A stretch of DNA of 64,000 nt from Acanthaster planci. Taxonomy: Eukaryota. The notes below the pieces were generated by a model. It had not been told where the DNA came from, did no database searches, and worked only from the letters and a program-made list of their open reading frames with translations. The translations under genes and the position numbers were made by a program. Positions 26,344 through 38,984 of the stretch are shown one piece after another. Position 1 is the first letter of the stretch. Each line of letters starts with the position of its first letter. The stretch is from contig NW_019091357.1 of NCBI RefSeq assembly GCF_001949145.1, positions 4,178,228-4,242,227 of the forward strand, written 5' to 3'.

Positions 26344-29300
26344 AAGGAGAGCAGAGTGCGGGAAATGGACTAGCGGCGTCGAGGGTGCGCGGGGTTGCAT
26401 CAGTTACACGCTGATATACCTGTTCCGTGGAAATCTATTTCAAAAAATTTACACCGATGTCATGTTGGTGTTATGCCTTATGAGTTTCCTGATTATTAGT
26501 TATGTGGGGCTCGGGGGCCTGTGACTTATTTTTTAAAGTATGTGTATACCATACCTTTCCAGTAATGTAAATTCTTCTTAATAAAAAAGTCCCAATATTA
26601 ACGACGCACAATTAAAAATAGGGCTTTAAGGTGCCTGGCGAATATGCTTGAAAGAAATGGTTTCAATCAACGAGATTTTTTAAAAATTAGAAGTGCCTAC
26701 AAAAGGAAAGGCAGCCACAGACGGGTTTGGGCACTGACTCGCTACTTATTCCGTAAACACTCATAATAAATCCAACATTGACGACATCTGAAACCGTATC
26801 ACACCTTGGGCAAAGACTAAACAATTCACATGCTAGCAGGAGACAGATGAGGGCTCGAAACGGGACAGGAATGTAAAAGTGGCAAAGAGTCTATAAATAT
26901 ATCGTACATAAATTGCAATAAAATCCAAGACTCTATCAACTGATTCTTTAATGGGCAAGCCATACTTTTTCTTCCCTCGCTGTTGCCGTGTCATGTAAAG
27001 GCCAGTTTATATAGCTGATTTATGCCGTCACAAAGGGTTCACTATCGAGAATTACCGGGGCTTTATTTATCAAACGGCCTGCTCATGTCATCAAACAGTT
27101 TCCCACATGGAACATATAGGCCCTAGTACCGGCTTTTAGAGCATAATCCCATCGTCCTTGAGGCCGAGTCGCGATCAACGGCCACTTTGTAGGACTGCAA
27201 CTGGTGACAAAAAGGCAAATAATGCGACACGGTGAAAGTGCTTTGACCTTGCATATAATCTTTCCTCGATACAAAAAAATGGGTCTGTCTATCGGGACAA
27301 AATTACTGCAGAAGAATTCTGCAAACGCAATACTGTACCGAAGCTTCGAATCTGCATGCTTTTTACAGAATTCGTTCCGAGTGGACTCAAGCGAAGTTCT
27401 TATAGCCAAGCCAGGTTGCGACCCGGAAATGGTTTCTCCACCCTCCGCCGAGACACTCTTCCCCCACCTCCATCCTGTGGTCAGCCTGATTCAGACCCCG
27501 CACATTCAGGTATGAGGCTCTTAACCCGACAAACCTACAGGTTCTGCGCCCAACAAGCCTGTACAAGCAAATGTCAAAATACTTGATGTCCACTTCTTGA
27601 ATATACACAAAGCGTGTGTCACAAACCAAGGTACAATGGGTACTCGGCGTGTCAGAAAAAAGGGCATAAAACTTCGTTTGACTTATCCAATTTTTAAAGG
27701 CAAGCACGCGTCGCGCGGGAGTGCTTCGTTAGGCTAACTTTCTGGTGGGTCGGAAGTCGCTCGAAAAGTCTGAAAATAACTGTTGAATCACTGTCAAATA
27801 CCAGACAAAGCCAAGTGGTAGTTGTTTCGAGGATTACCGTGATTTCCCATCACAAGTTGTGCGGCTTAGGTCCCCCAGCTTTTGCGTGTGATTGCAAAAG
27901 CCTTTTGATTATTATTGAGATGGATGGAGGGATGACTATCTGCCTACTTGGACAGTGGTCTCCTCCAATTAGGCTCACGGGTAAATCAGCACTTGTGCCG
28001 GCTCCCCCTCCATGACGAGGTCGAGGGATAACATTGAACTTGATTCTGGTTGACAAGTCTTCCCGTGATGGTATATACACGAGACGGCAAAGCGTGCCTG
28101 CCATCATGGATGAATGGGAACAGGAGAACACTCTCCGCGGCCAATCACTCTTCCCGTTCCTCGGGAAATCTGCAATTTCCTTGGAGGAAGTCCCCCAGCA
28201 AAACACCCATTTGGCGTCCCCCAAGTCGATCCGAATTGCCGATTCCTCCTGTGCAACCCTAGTCATGCGCCCCGAGCCACTGAAATATATGTACAGTAGT
28301 TGCAGCACGGTCCAGTTTCAGACTATTTACTATATAATGATGCATATTAACAGGCCAGGCCAATCGAACAAATTCTGCGGACATAATAGATCTACTTCTG
28401 TAAATGCACAATGGGGTTCAAAAGACACAACATCCAGCATACTGATTTTGACCAAGCAGTTCATAATTTGAAAAGAATCTCACGAAAAAGTCACTTAATG
28501 TTGTCATGTAAACTAGGCCTATAGGGTTAAATTGATACAACCAGTGTACAAATATGCACGAACATGCCTTGATGTGGTACGAGCAAGACTTTTTGTAGTA
28601 CAGCGACCATAATCAAACGCATCTCTGCACACGTCACCGAATGCTGTCGACTGTAACGCACAATGAACCGGAGTGTCCATCATCGCTCCAAAATTGCTGA
28701 GAGACGAAATGTATCATTCGTGCGAACACTGGAAGGCCCCTGGCCAGCTCCGACTTCACTTGACAGTTCACGAGTTCACTACACTCGATCGGTCGCGCCG
28801 GTTCGTGCCCTCTCACTTCGGGGGGGGGGGGGGGGANGTGGTACGCACTCCGCGGGGTTTTTCCGAGACAGGCGGGTCGATCATTGATACGAAAGTTTAT
28901 TTGAACAAACGAAATGTTGTGCTCTCCAAGGACTAAACAGTAAATGGACGTATCATCGATATGGAATGTGATCCGGCTGCCCTGACCCACATTCAAGGCG
29001 GAAACAAACTATTGAGTTAAGACTGTTTGGCACGGCTCAAGACGGTCACCGTCATGCACTTCGGTTGAAGTTATCCGACCTTTCCGTAGCTTGGTATGCC
29101 AACAATTACAATAAGAATTTCTGCAATGCCTCTCCAAATCAAAACGTTTTCTTCGCAGACCACAGCTGATTCTATAATTTACCTGTTTCAATATACAGTT
29201 CATGTAATTATGTATCGAGCGCACGGGTTGGGCACTCGGTCAGGAGCTACAGCTATCATGGAGGTTATTGAATCGGGTCTGAGCCAAGGAATATAACAAC

Positions 29301-30488
29301 TTTTTTATGCTCGTATTCAACAAGCAACGGCACTTGTTTATAGCGTCACCAATGTCATACACGTATTCCTTAAATTTCATTTTAATGCATCTTTTTTATA
29401 AAGTATACCGGCCAATTTCATAAATTTTTAGTATTTTGATAAATAGCCGCGTTCCTTGGCAACCTTCATATATCACTCAATGGAACTCTTTACGCAATGA
29501 GAAAGATACGAGCCTCTTCTGAGATATGACCTTCATTCATTGCGATTAGGGAAAAGGCCCTCCGCATCCTTTCTCTGCCTATCTGCGCCTTGAGTGATAG
29601 ATCAAATGTGACTTCGGCTGATACGGTGAGGAGACGCCACAGGCTCACAACTGACATTCACATATAAGTGCGTTTATATTTATGCGCATTCCGGTGCGCG
29701 ATCAGCGCACAAAACTAAACAGCTGCAGATTGACAATTGCGGCATCTGACTGTCCATCAGACGGGGTCAGCGCATCTGACCTTGTTATCCGCAAACAATG
29801 CGGAAAACCCATTCACGCTGCTCTGACGTCTTTTCCCTTTTCTTCATGTTCTTCTCCGCAAAAGCTCATAGACTTCGCACTGCTTTTCTGGTTACTTTTA
29901 AAGCCATGTCATTCTTGAAAATTCTGTGTAGGCCAACACGTGGGTTGCAAGAAAACCATCGAGGAACCATTCAAACTCCAAGTAGCATAAATAGGGTCAT
30001 CTCTGTCCACCAACTGTCACAGTCTCAATGCCATCCGGTTTATTATTCCATTATGTGGGATTTAGGAGTGCAATTTAGTACAGTTGACTGCAGTTTAAAC
30101 TGACCAAACGCTGCTACTCTGTTCCTTTATATTCGTGACACACATTGTGATCATTAAGCTTCTTTTCAGACATGAAATCCCTATAAATATTGATTTGAAG
30201 GTCCACGGTCACATTTTGTCGATTTACAGCCATTTGAAAGGACAAATCGAACGACATGTACATGTATGTAAAGGTTGCACAACTAAACCGTCTCGCACAA
30301 CTACACCGTCTCGCTCTTTAAAACTAGAATCGAAAACACAATTTGTGACACTGGGAGGACAACTTACAAGGAAATCCGTATTCAAAAGTGGATTTTCTGC
30401 ACAATTTCTTCTTTTTTTATTTCGTTTTGAGGTTCTGCCTGCAGGTGTATCGTATTACCAGGACACGTGGGTGATTCCAGAAATTGTA

Positions 30489-30740
30489 CACTGTAAAAAC
30501 AACGTTAAGAGTTTAAACACTTTTCTGTACCCATTTTTTTCCACACGTTTAACCACTGACATTTTTATTAAAATGTGTTTAGGAATGTGTTTAAACGCTT
30601 TTCCGTGGTACATGTTCAGCTTTTTGAAATCCGTTTACCATTTTAACACATTTTTAAACGCATAACACTTAACATGTCGCTGTTAAACATGTCAAAAAAG
30701 CCGGAGTACAAAAATGTGTTTAGAAATGTGCTTAAACTGG
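30489..30740. mobile_element. Palindromic MITE, copy 1 (CACTG terminus, EnSpm/CACTA-like)
   Basis: Starts CACTGTAAAAA and has internal inverted symmetry (tttaaacac.../gtgtttaaa). Its core 30558-30632 aligns closely with 38628-38708. Confidence 0.6.
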
Positions 30741-33700
30741 GGTTCAAAAGTGTGACATTTTTGTGTCCCAGTTACATCTGACCTTTGTTATTTGACATTG
30801 AAATATCACCGGAATTGATTTCAAACTATTACTATTTGTTTGGCAGGTAATTTGCATTAATTTATCACTCTTGGAATTTAGAAAATGTGTTCTGAGCTTA
30901 CAAAATCATATTTCAGATGAGACAGGGACACAAAAAAGGACTCTAAATATCTGGAATTACCCACATACCATCACTTGCGAGGGGACTGTCTGTCACTGTC
31001 AGCGAGGCACAGACCGAAATGACACCTTAACGATGAATAGGCCTAAGTAAAATTTGAGGCAATAAGGGAATTTTTCTTAGAATCTGGCGTCAACTGGAAC
31101 GGCCAGGAGGCGGCAATGTCTAACTCTTCCCAGGTGACACGACGAAACCTAATGGAATCATGCTGTCCCGGTTCAAGATTTAGACATACTATTATCGTCT
31201 TCACTCCTGCAGGTAGCCAATGTCAGTGTCAGTTGACTCACGGGTGCGAAACAAATACGAAGACTAAACAGGTCTGCAGCACTCTTTTGTTCAGTGTGTG
31301 CCCCATACTGCTCCAAAAAGCACTAACAATTGGAATCTTTTCATTCGACCTTTCTCTCATTCCTCGAACAAATCCGTAACACCCATGGGTACATGTGTAT
31401 ACTGTAACACACCCACATTGAAAGAACGACGTTTTGAGTTCAAGGACCTGACAGTGATTAGCAGACCAGAAAAAAAGGGTATAACAACAAGGGCGCATGT
31501 TATTGTTGTCCAAAAAAACTACACTTGCTCAACAACATGTTTGTCTCTCACAACAAGCTCTACAGAACCACATTCTAAGGTGATTTTCCATATTATTTTT
31601 TCGTTTGTTATTCACCGCGCCAGAGGAGTCATCACTAATCGACACAATAGCCCCGTCTCGCCGGGGGTGAAATCAATAACGTCAATAGCTGGGCCACAAG
31701 TCTGCTTTCATTATGTACCTGCCGCGCCTGACCAGCAGGTTCAATGGCACGGAAGACATTCTGACCTTACGCTGAGTTTTTCATACAAATCACAGTGCCC
31801 CCCAATTGATCAAGTTCACAATTATGTCGGTAATTATACAGTGCTTTGGCAGTAACGAAAATTCGAAGTTGTGAATACACTCCATATGCACAGCTTTGAA
31901 CACTTTCCAGTTTTTATAGGCAAAAAGTACGATGTTAAAACAAGGAATCTTATGGGACAAATTGCTTGTTCAGTCTGAACTGTCGAAAAATTTGTCCGAC
32001 TGTATAAGTACCCGTTCGGCCGCTTAATATCTAAAAGCGATGAGGTATTCAATTAAAAACAGGTGTTAACATCACAACCCAAGGGGCAAGCGTCTAACGT
32101 TTTGGCACTCGCTCAATAAGTTACACACGGTGTTCGCCCAAGACGAGTAGTTTGGGTACAGTGCATTTGATTTGTTAATATAACGCTCTTGCAGTTGTGT
32201 AAATCCTCTTCACCTTAGTTCGCATTTTGTCTTCGCCCACTAGGCCTAAGGTCAGTCGAACGACCCCGTGTAGTACGATTACGCGCCGCGACGAGACAGC
32301 ATTTAGTTCAGCCTCAGGCGTCACACCTGGATTCGCACGAGACCAAGTTCCAAGACTCTTTATTCTTTTCATCCCCTGCTTCATTTCGCAGAAACCCTCA
32401 GTCCTCCCAACGACCTTCTCACTGCTTCCCTTCAACCCGTCTTCATCGTTTTTTTCATTTACAATCATCCCCCTTTTTGACGGATGGGTAGATTGTTTAC
32501 ACGCAAGGTGCAAAGACCGAGATGCTACAGTCGAGCGCATGAACAGTGAGTGGGCAGCCACAATTACGTGTATATCGATCACAGGTAGTGCCATCCCTAA
32601 GCCAGAGTGGCACAATTCCAAAGTTCACGCGTGGGCGACACTTCTGCTACGCAGGCACACGGTGGAATTATTTCCATTTCTTGAAACAGGTGACTTCGAC
32701 CTATGAGTCCTTGATCGGGCGGCCTAACCTGGCTATGGAAACACAACTATGTTGACAGTAACAAAACGCTAATAAAGAACACACAACCCCGCGAGAACAC
32801 TATTCCAGGAACTACGCCATACGTAGGAACTGTACACACATTGTTCTGTTTACACGAACTGATTCGTTTGGTGTATTTGTTGAGCGTGTGTTTCATCCGC
32901 CGAAACACTTCTAAAACAATGTGACACATCTAAAAACAATTTCCTCCATCAAAACAAGAATCTGGCACTCTCAGAATTCGTCCAATTCATATGCAATTGT
33001 TACTCAATTATAACATTAATTACTCTAAAAACAACCGAATAGAAAAATGATTTGCGAAGCGGAAATATGTTTGGGCACGCGGATATCCTCCACACATCCG
33101 AATAGCAGTATTAGAAAAACTTGAAGGCTTTCAGACAGGTTTTTATTAATCCAATATGACCTATCAAAATGCAAAGGAGTGATATCACTAGAATATTTCA
33201 TCAAAGTGGTCCCTTTCCATTACAGGTCGTCGCTTCATCTGTGTTCTCCAACTAATGACTTCATGGAATATTGTGACAAACACGTCAAATTGTTGCTAAT
33301 GCGCCCTTCATCTTGACTCCACTAGACTCCATTCCAGCCGTTCGACAGTACAAGTATCATAAAGGCGTACTAAACTTATTCTTGAACGGGCAATGAAAGT
33401 AAATCTCTTTCCGGCCGACCTGCCACGCAATGCCAAGAAAATCCGCTTTCAACCAGTGATGCTCCGTTATCTTTCCCAGGAAATCCCGTGCCTTTCCGAG
33501 TGAACCCCTAGTGGAAGATCTAACGGAAGTCAGTTGCTGTATGGCGGCCCCGAGCGCATCGGAAATCAATCAGCCTCGATATCATCGGATGCGATAAGAT
33601 CTATAGCACTCGGAAGTAGTACAGGATGACAGCTTCGCCTTAAGTATAACGTCTTGCACTGTTATGGATTTATGGCTTTTTTAAGCCGCCAACTTTTTTT

Positions 33701-35511
33701 TCATTTTCCGACGCGCCAAACAAAATGAACAACGAGAGCAAGCTGATCAGGGCGGAAGGGAAAGATATCAAGTTGAAGATTAGGGTCTCACATGAGCCAC
33801 GGAAAACGTTGCAGTATCAGGGGCGTATCAAGGGATCAGGCGGAAAAGGGAGGTTTGGAAGGTTATCGAGACTTGTTTTACTGTGACCCTGAATTATATC
33901 TTCGCCTACTGTTGTCATTAGCAAGGAACCACAAACTTCGCAGAAAGAGGGACATCAGAATGGGTGGGCCGGTCTTCTGCCCTCTCCGACTTGATTCGCC
34001 AACGCCTACTTTGGCGGGAAGTTACCACAGCGATAAAAGGTTTGGAAGACCATTTACAAATATGTTATGCTTTTGAACGTCTGTTCCAGAGACACTCTTT
34101 TGAATATAGGCATTCCCAGGAATATTTGTGGATATCACGAAATTAATACAACTTGTCGACAAAAGTTCCAGCGTGTCTAAAAACTGACAGGATTTTGACT
34201 GTTCACGCTGATGAGTCAAGGGGACGCATCAAATCCTGTTACTGAAAATCTCGTCAAGTTCGATAGCCTTCTTGCTGTCAAATTTCTTCGCACGGTCTAC
34301 TAACACTGGAGTGAACGTAAGTGACAATTACTAACGCGCAGTCCACAGGAACGCCAGATTGACTCTGAAAAACGCGGGAGGAAGACGTGAAAGAGATGAA
34401 ACCGGTTCCTCCAATCAGGAGTGAAGTGTCCCTGTATCCAAACCAGTAAGTGAGTTGTGAACAAAAGAGAAGACAGCTGTCATAATCAGCCAACCAATCA
34501 ATTTACTAAACAGTTTGTCCACAGAGGCCACCATTTACATTTTCAAGGCAACCTGCCATGTTTGTTGCTATTTCAAGTTAAGGAAACTTCATGGATTGAT
34601 TAAAATTGTTTGATCGAAGCTCATATAACGTCATTATCTCTCATTTGTCACACCTGCGGTCAAGTTCCACCCACGCCGTATCGGTTATCAGATCCCTGGA
34701 ATTCAAGTTAAACCTCGCTGTCCCACAGACAGTTATCGGGGAAAGACAGATGACTGTTAAGTCAAAAGCAAACACATGTACACACACAAACACATCCGGC
34801 ACCCTTTTTTTCAAAGGAAGAGGCGAAGTGAGTGACACCTCAGGTAAACGCTGGACCATGTGACCTGCAGAGAGAAAATGACACGACTCCCTGTTCCCCT
34901 GTTCAAACGCGACCAAAAAAATATCGGGGCATTGAGAATGAAATCGCCCAACTTGACCCAGACATTAGATGGGTCAAGTATGCAACTTTTTTGAATACAA
35001 ACAGTTCCATTGTAGACGCACTGAGCGGCCCCTCGACTCTACAGATGCCTAGAGGGGTCATGGTGAGGGAAGGCGTTGACAGACGCGTATAGCCAGGGGG
35101 CTACGTGGGGCATGACAGGGAGCCATGGGGTAAAAAAGATCCGCCGATATTTTCACCACAACGAGTTATTTCAGAAAAGGAAAGCTGCACATTTGGCAGC
35201 CACAAGCATAGCTAATCTTAGGTAACATAGGCCTAACTGTAATAAAAGTTGCAGTGGGCCTTCCCATCCATGTCATCACACGATGCAAGGCATTAAAAAA
35301 GAATTCGATATTTCAGTGTCTGTTGGTAATCTCGCCAGGAAATTCTGTGTACATCCCATCACATTTGTATCTGTGTCAACAATTTGCTTTCCTCCGACTT
35401 CTCCAAGTTGTCGCCATATCAATAACTGGCAGACACTCTGGGTTTTCACTCATTTCTCAGTACGTCGATGCACGGACCATTTACTGTGTGCAGCAGTTGT
35501 TGCAATGTACT

Positions 35512-35687
35512 AATAGGGGCGATTAACAATAGTGCGCCTCCAAGAGTTTCCAACGCATTAGCCAATCACAACGCGCGAAATCTGTCGACCCTTTCCAAAC
35601 GCGCATTGGGTCGAAAGATTTCGTGCATCGTGATTGGCCAACACGTTGCAAACTCTTGGAGGAGCACTATTGTGAATCACCCGTATT
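35512..35687. repeat. 176-bp foldback palindrome (80-bp arms, 16-nt spacer), probable MITE
   Basis: Arms 35512-35591 and 35608-35687 are reverse complements with 12 mismatches in 80 and no gaps (manual count). Confidence 0.85.
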
Positions 35688-38599
35688 CCAAATTGTCTGC
35701 AGTGCTTCGGTCAATCGGTAAAATGTATTTCTTTATATTCATTCCAAACGAGTTGCAAATATCAAGAATGTATGTTCATCATGCTTAGTTTAAAATGGTC
35801 ATGTAACCTGCAATACATATAATTTGCTTGCAAGTGTATTTGTATATATGAATAATGTAAGCTATCTGCATATATTTCAATTTGTGCCTGCCACTCTCTC
35901 GGTTCAGACAACGGAGGGCGTATACTTACTGGTTAGTACAATACTGCGCTTAACAAGTGATTCATTGATTGGTTTGGGTCCCAGTCAGCCAATCCGACAT
36001 GAAATGAGACAACATATGTTGGCGTGAGTCACCTTCGACCCCGCCTCACCTACTTCACGGGTCGGGGTTGCAAGGTGTCATGAAATTTGGGTCAAGTTTA
36101 GAAACGGAGATCTAACATTGTGTATAATGCAGGTGTCACCGATAGCTCGCACGGAAACATTTTTATAATACTTTTCAACTTCTGACCCGGCCACCAGCCG
36201 TCTGGTCCGTCTAGCTTTCCCGCCAGGGGCTGTTTTGGCCAAAGGTTCAGGTCGGTGTTTACCTCCGAGTATACATTTAACATCTATCTTACATGACGCC
36301 TGCATGTACGGATAACGGATAATGTACATTATCCGCGTCTCCTGTGTTTTTCAGCCGGCAGGCCTCCAGACTGGTTGAATCCGTGAGAAGGGAGGAATGT
36401 CACCCTCCTTTGGTCATAGACTCATTGTAAATCACGAACAATCGGGATGCAAGGTGGGGATTAATTTACGGTTGCTACCTCACGCACGGCGCACAGATTT
36501 CTCGGATTCTTTTTTTAACCCCACTGGACTTAGTTTACAGGTGTACATGACTAAAAGTCCAACACTGGTAAAAACGCAAACACATGCCCCGTTAGGTCGC
36601 CCAAACTTAAGGAAATATCAAATTATCTTAATGCTCCTTAGAAAAATGACAAGAAACTACTCCGAATGAAGTTCTGAAATAGTGCTTCATGCACAGACCA
36701 CAACACGGCAAACATAATGTCAACGCGGCTGAAAACACCAACTTCAAGCTCTCTCTATGCTACCCATATTTCATGTTAAACAGGCCAACACTGTTCCAAT
36801 ACAAAGCCTATGTTAAATACAAGAGATGGACTGGCACTAACGTCGTAATGACTGATGTACACCTTCATGCCCAATCTTTTCTCAGTGCAGCTGTAACTTG
36901 ACAAGGTTACTGGTACTAGAGTGGTACAAAATACACCACTTTGCCATACAACACCGACGCCGTTATAACTTACCCGCTAACACTCAATGAAATTGGAAAA
37001 TTAAGTTTTAAGTTTAGTACCATTAAGTAAAGGTACTTATAGGAAAGTACTTTATACTCATGGACCCTTGCAACCTTGACCCTGGAGGGAATTTTTATCC
37101 ACCAATCTGCCAACACATTTCTTGTGCAACAGTTCAATAAGAGTCTTGGTTAACTGCGACAGTCACCCGAGCTATATCTGTCTATCACAATTTTGGATCG
37201 ATGCAGGTCGAAGAGCGTATGCAAGAAGTGGCATTAATTTCCCCATCCCCCCCCTTCAAAAAAATACTTGCCTGAGCAACAGCAAAGAATTATTTCCGTC
37301 TTGAGACCCTCTCGGTGCCCAGGTAATGGCCTGACTTGGACCCCCCGTCCATCCCTCCGTGGTGAAGCGCCTCCGGGTTCGTTGCAGTGGTCCCTTCGGC
37401 TGTCGGAACACTGTGATTAAGATGAAAAACAATACACATCGAACCATACTCTCTCTTGCCTCCAGGCCTCGGTTTTCGATTTTTATTTTCCTTGTGCACA
37501 CGGGTATGACCCTAAATAAGGTCAGTACTGCGACTGTGTCTTAGCGATATGCATTGTTAACTGAACATTCAACAAATAACTCGATAATCACACATTTGCT
37601 TTCAACCCCGACAAAAAAAGTGACTTTATCAGGACACTGGAAGATTACATGTGGAATCAGATAAGGACGTCAAAGGCTCACAAGGGGTCGAAACGTAACC
37701 CGGACTGCACTGATTAAAAAAGAAATTAAAAACTGATACACACCGCCCGAATTTACTTCACATGCAGTGCTGGTTGACTGAGCATTTTTTACAAAGATCC
37801 CGTCTGAATCCTTTATAATAAATCATGTGTGCAGGAAACGCGAGGTACATGTGACTCCTCTGGTCTTAACTTCGAATGGGCGTCATGAGTGTCGCTAGAT
37901 AAGAAAACGGTGGCTGGGTGCTCTGCTTTCCTCCATCCTGCAAAAATCCTCCCAAACCTCCTGGTGTAGTTTAAGGGATCTGGGAGGGCAAGGGAAAATG
38001 ACGGCTGTAGAGTTGTTAGTTTCACGGCAAGTTTCATTTGGCTATAGTGTTATTATATGGGATGACTGAGGCACGATTTTTACTTTATCACACAGTGCAA
38101 TATACCTGGATGGACAACACAATACTACAAATCAATGGCGCACAATGACAAACACAATGAATCTCGGTGATGAAATCAAGCAAACTGATCCAAATGCCAG
38201 CGGAAATCAGATTGAAAAATAAACCGTTGTTTGACTCATCCGATGCCAATTCAAAAATCCTTCGCTGGAATAGAACTCATCCTGCAACATACAGAAAGGA
38301 CAATATCCCGCTGATAACCTGCCCAATTGGCGTACATGATGCTGCCTATTTTTAAGCTTAAGCGCGCTCTCGGGCAAATAACGTTCGGAGCGCGTAGGTG
38401 GTTACCAAAATGTCACGTCCCCAAAGATTGCGTACAAGCGTGAAGTCACGACGAGCTGTGGACAGTCACATTTAACCAGTGTATTCGATACGATGAGGTG
38501 TGGCAGTAGCAATGTAAGACAATTAAAAAAGGTCATAACGCCATCCCGTTAGCCTAACCAACACTCACCTGTCAATTAGCAATCACTACCAATAGTCAT

Positions 38600-38815
38600 G
38601 TACACATTTTATACAAGTTGAACCCACGACATTTTTATTGAAATGGTTTAGGAATGTGTTTAAATGCTAAGCGCTATTCCATGGTACATGTTCAGCTTTT
38701 TGAAATCCACTAAGCATTTAAACACATTCCTATACGTAAAACAATAATAAACGCCGTGGGTTAAACATGTAAAGGAAAGTGGGTACGATAAAGTGTTCAA
38801 ACTTGTATTTAAATT
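38600..38815. mobile_element. Palindromic MITE, copy 2 of the 30.5 kb family
   Basis: Shares gacatttttatt...taggaatgtgtttaaa...tggtacatgttcagctttttgaaatcc with copy 1. It has a perfect 20-bp inverted repeat (38649-38668 / 38713-38732), and its right end is the reverse complement of the left end of copy 1. Confidence 0.65.
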
Positions 38816-38866
38816 CTAAGCGCCTTTTCATAGGAAAAGTACGTCTCCCAAATGTCTCTGATTAAT

Positions 38867-38984
38867 TAGAGTTGTAATTACTTAAATCAATGACTCGAGT
38901 CACAATATTTAGCGACTCGAGTCCCGACGGTTTAATGACTCGAATTGACTGAGTAAGAAAAATCAGTGATTCCTTACATCTCTG
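38867..38984. mobile_element. Small hAT-like MITE with GACTCGAGTC subterminal repeats
   Basis: TIRs tagagttgtaa / ttacatctctg match at 9/11 and resemble Ac-type ends. Internal GACTCGAGTC occurs twice plus degenerate copies. No clean 8-bp TSD. Confidence 0.55.

Noticed and set aside
30135..32706. ORFs of 148-185 aa (30135-30665, 31298-31855, 32175-32621, 32227-32706)
   Set aside because: Non-ATG starts, random-looking composition and no domains; one runs through a MITE.
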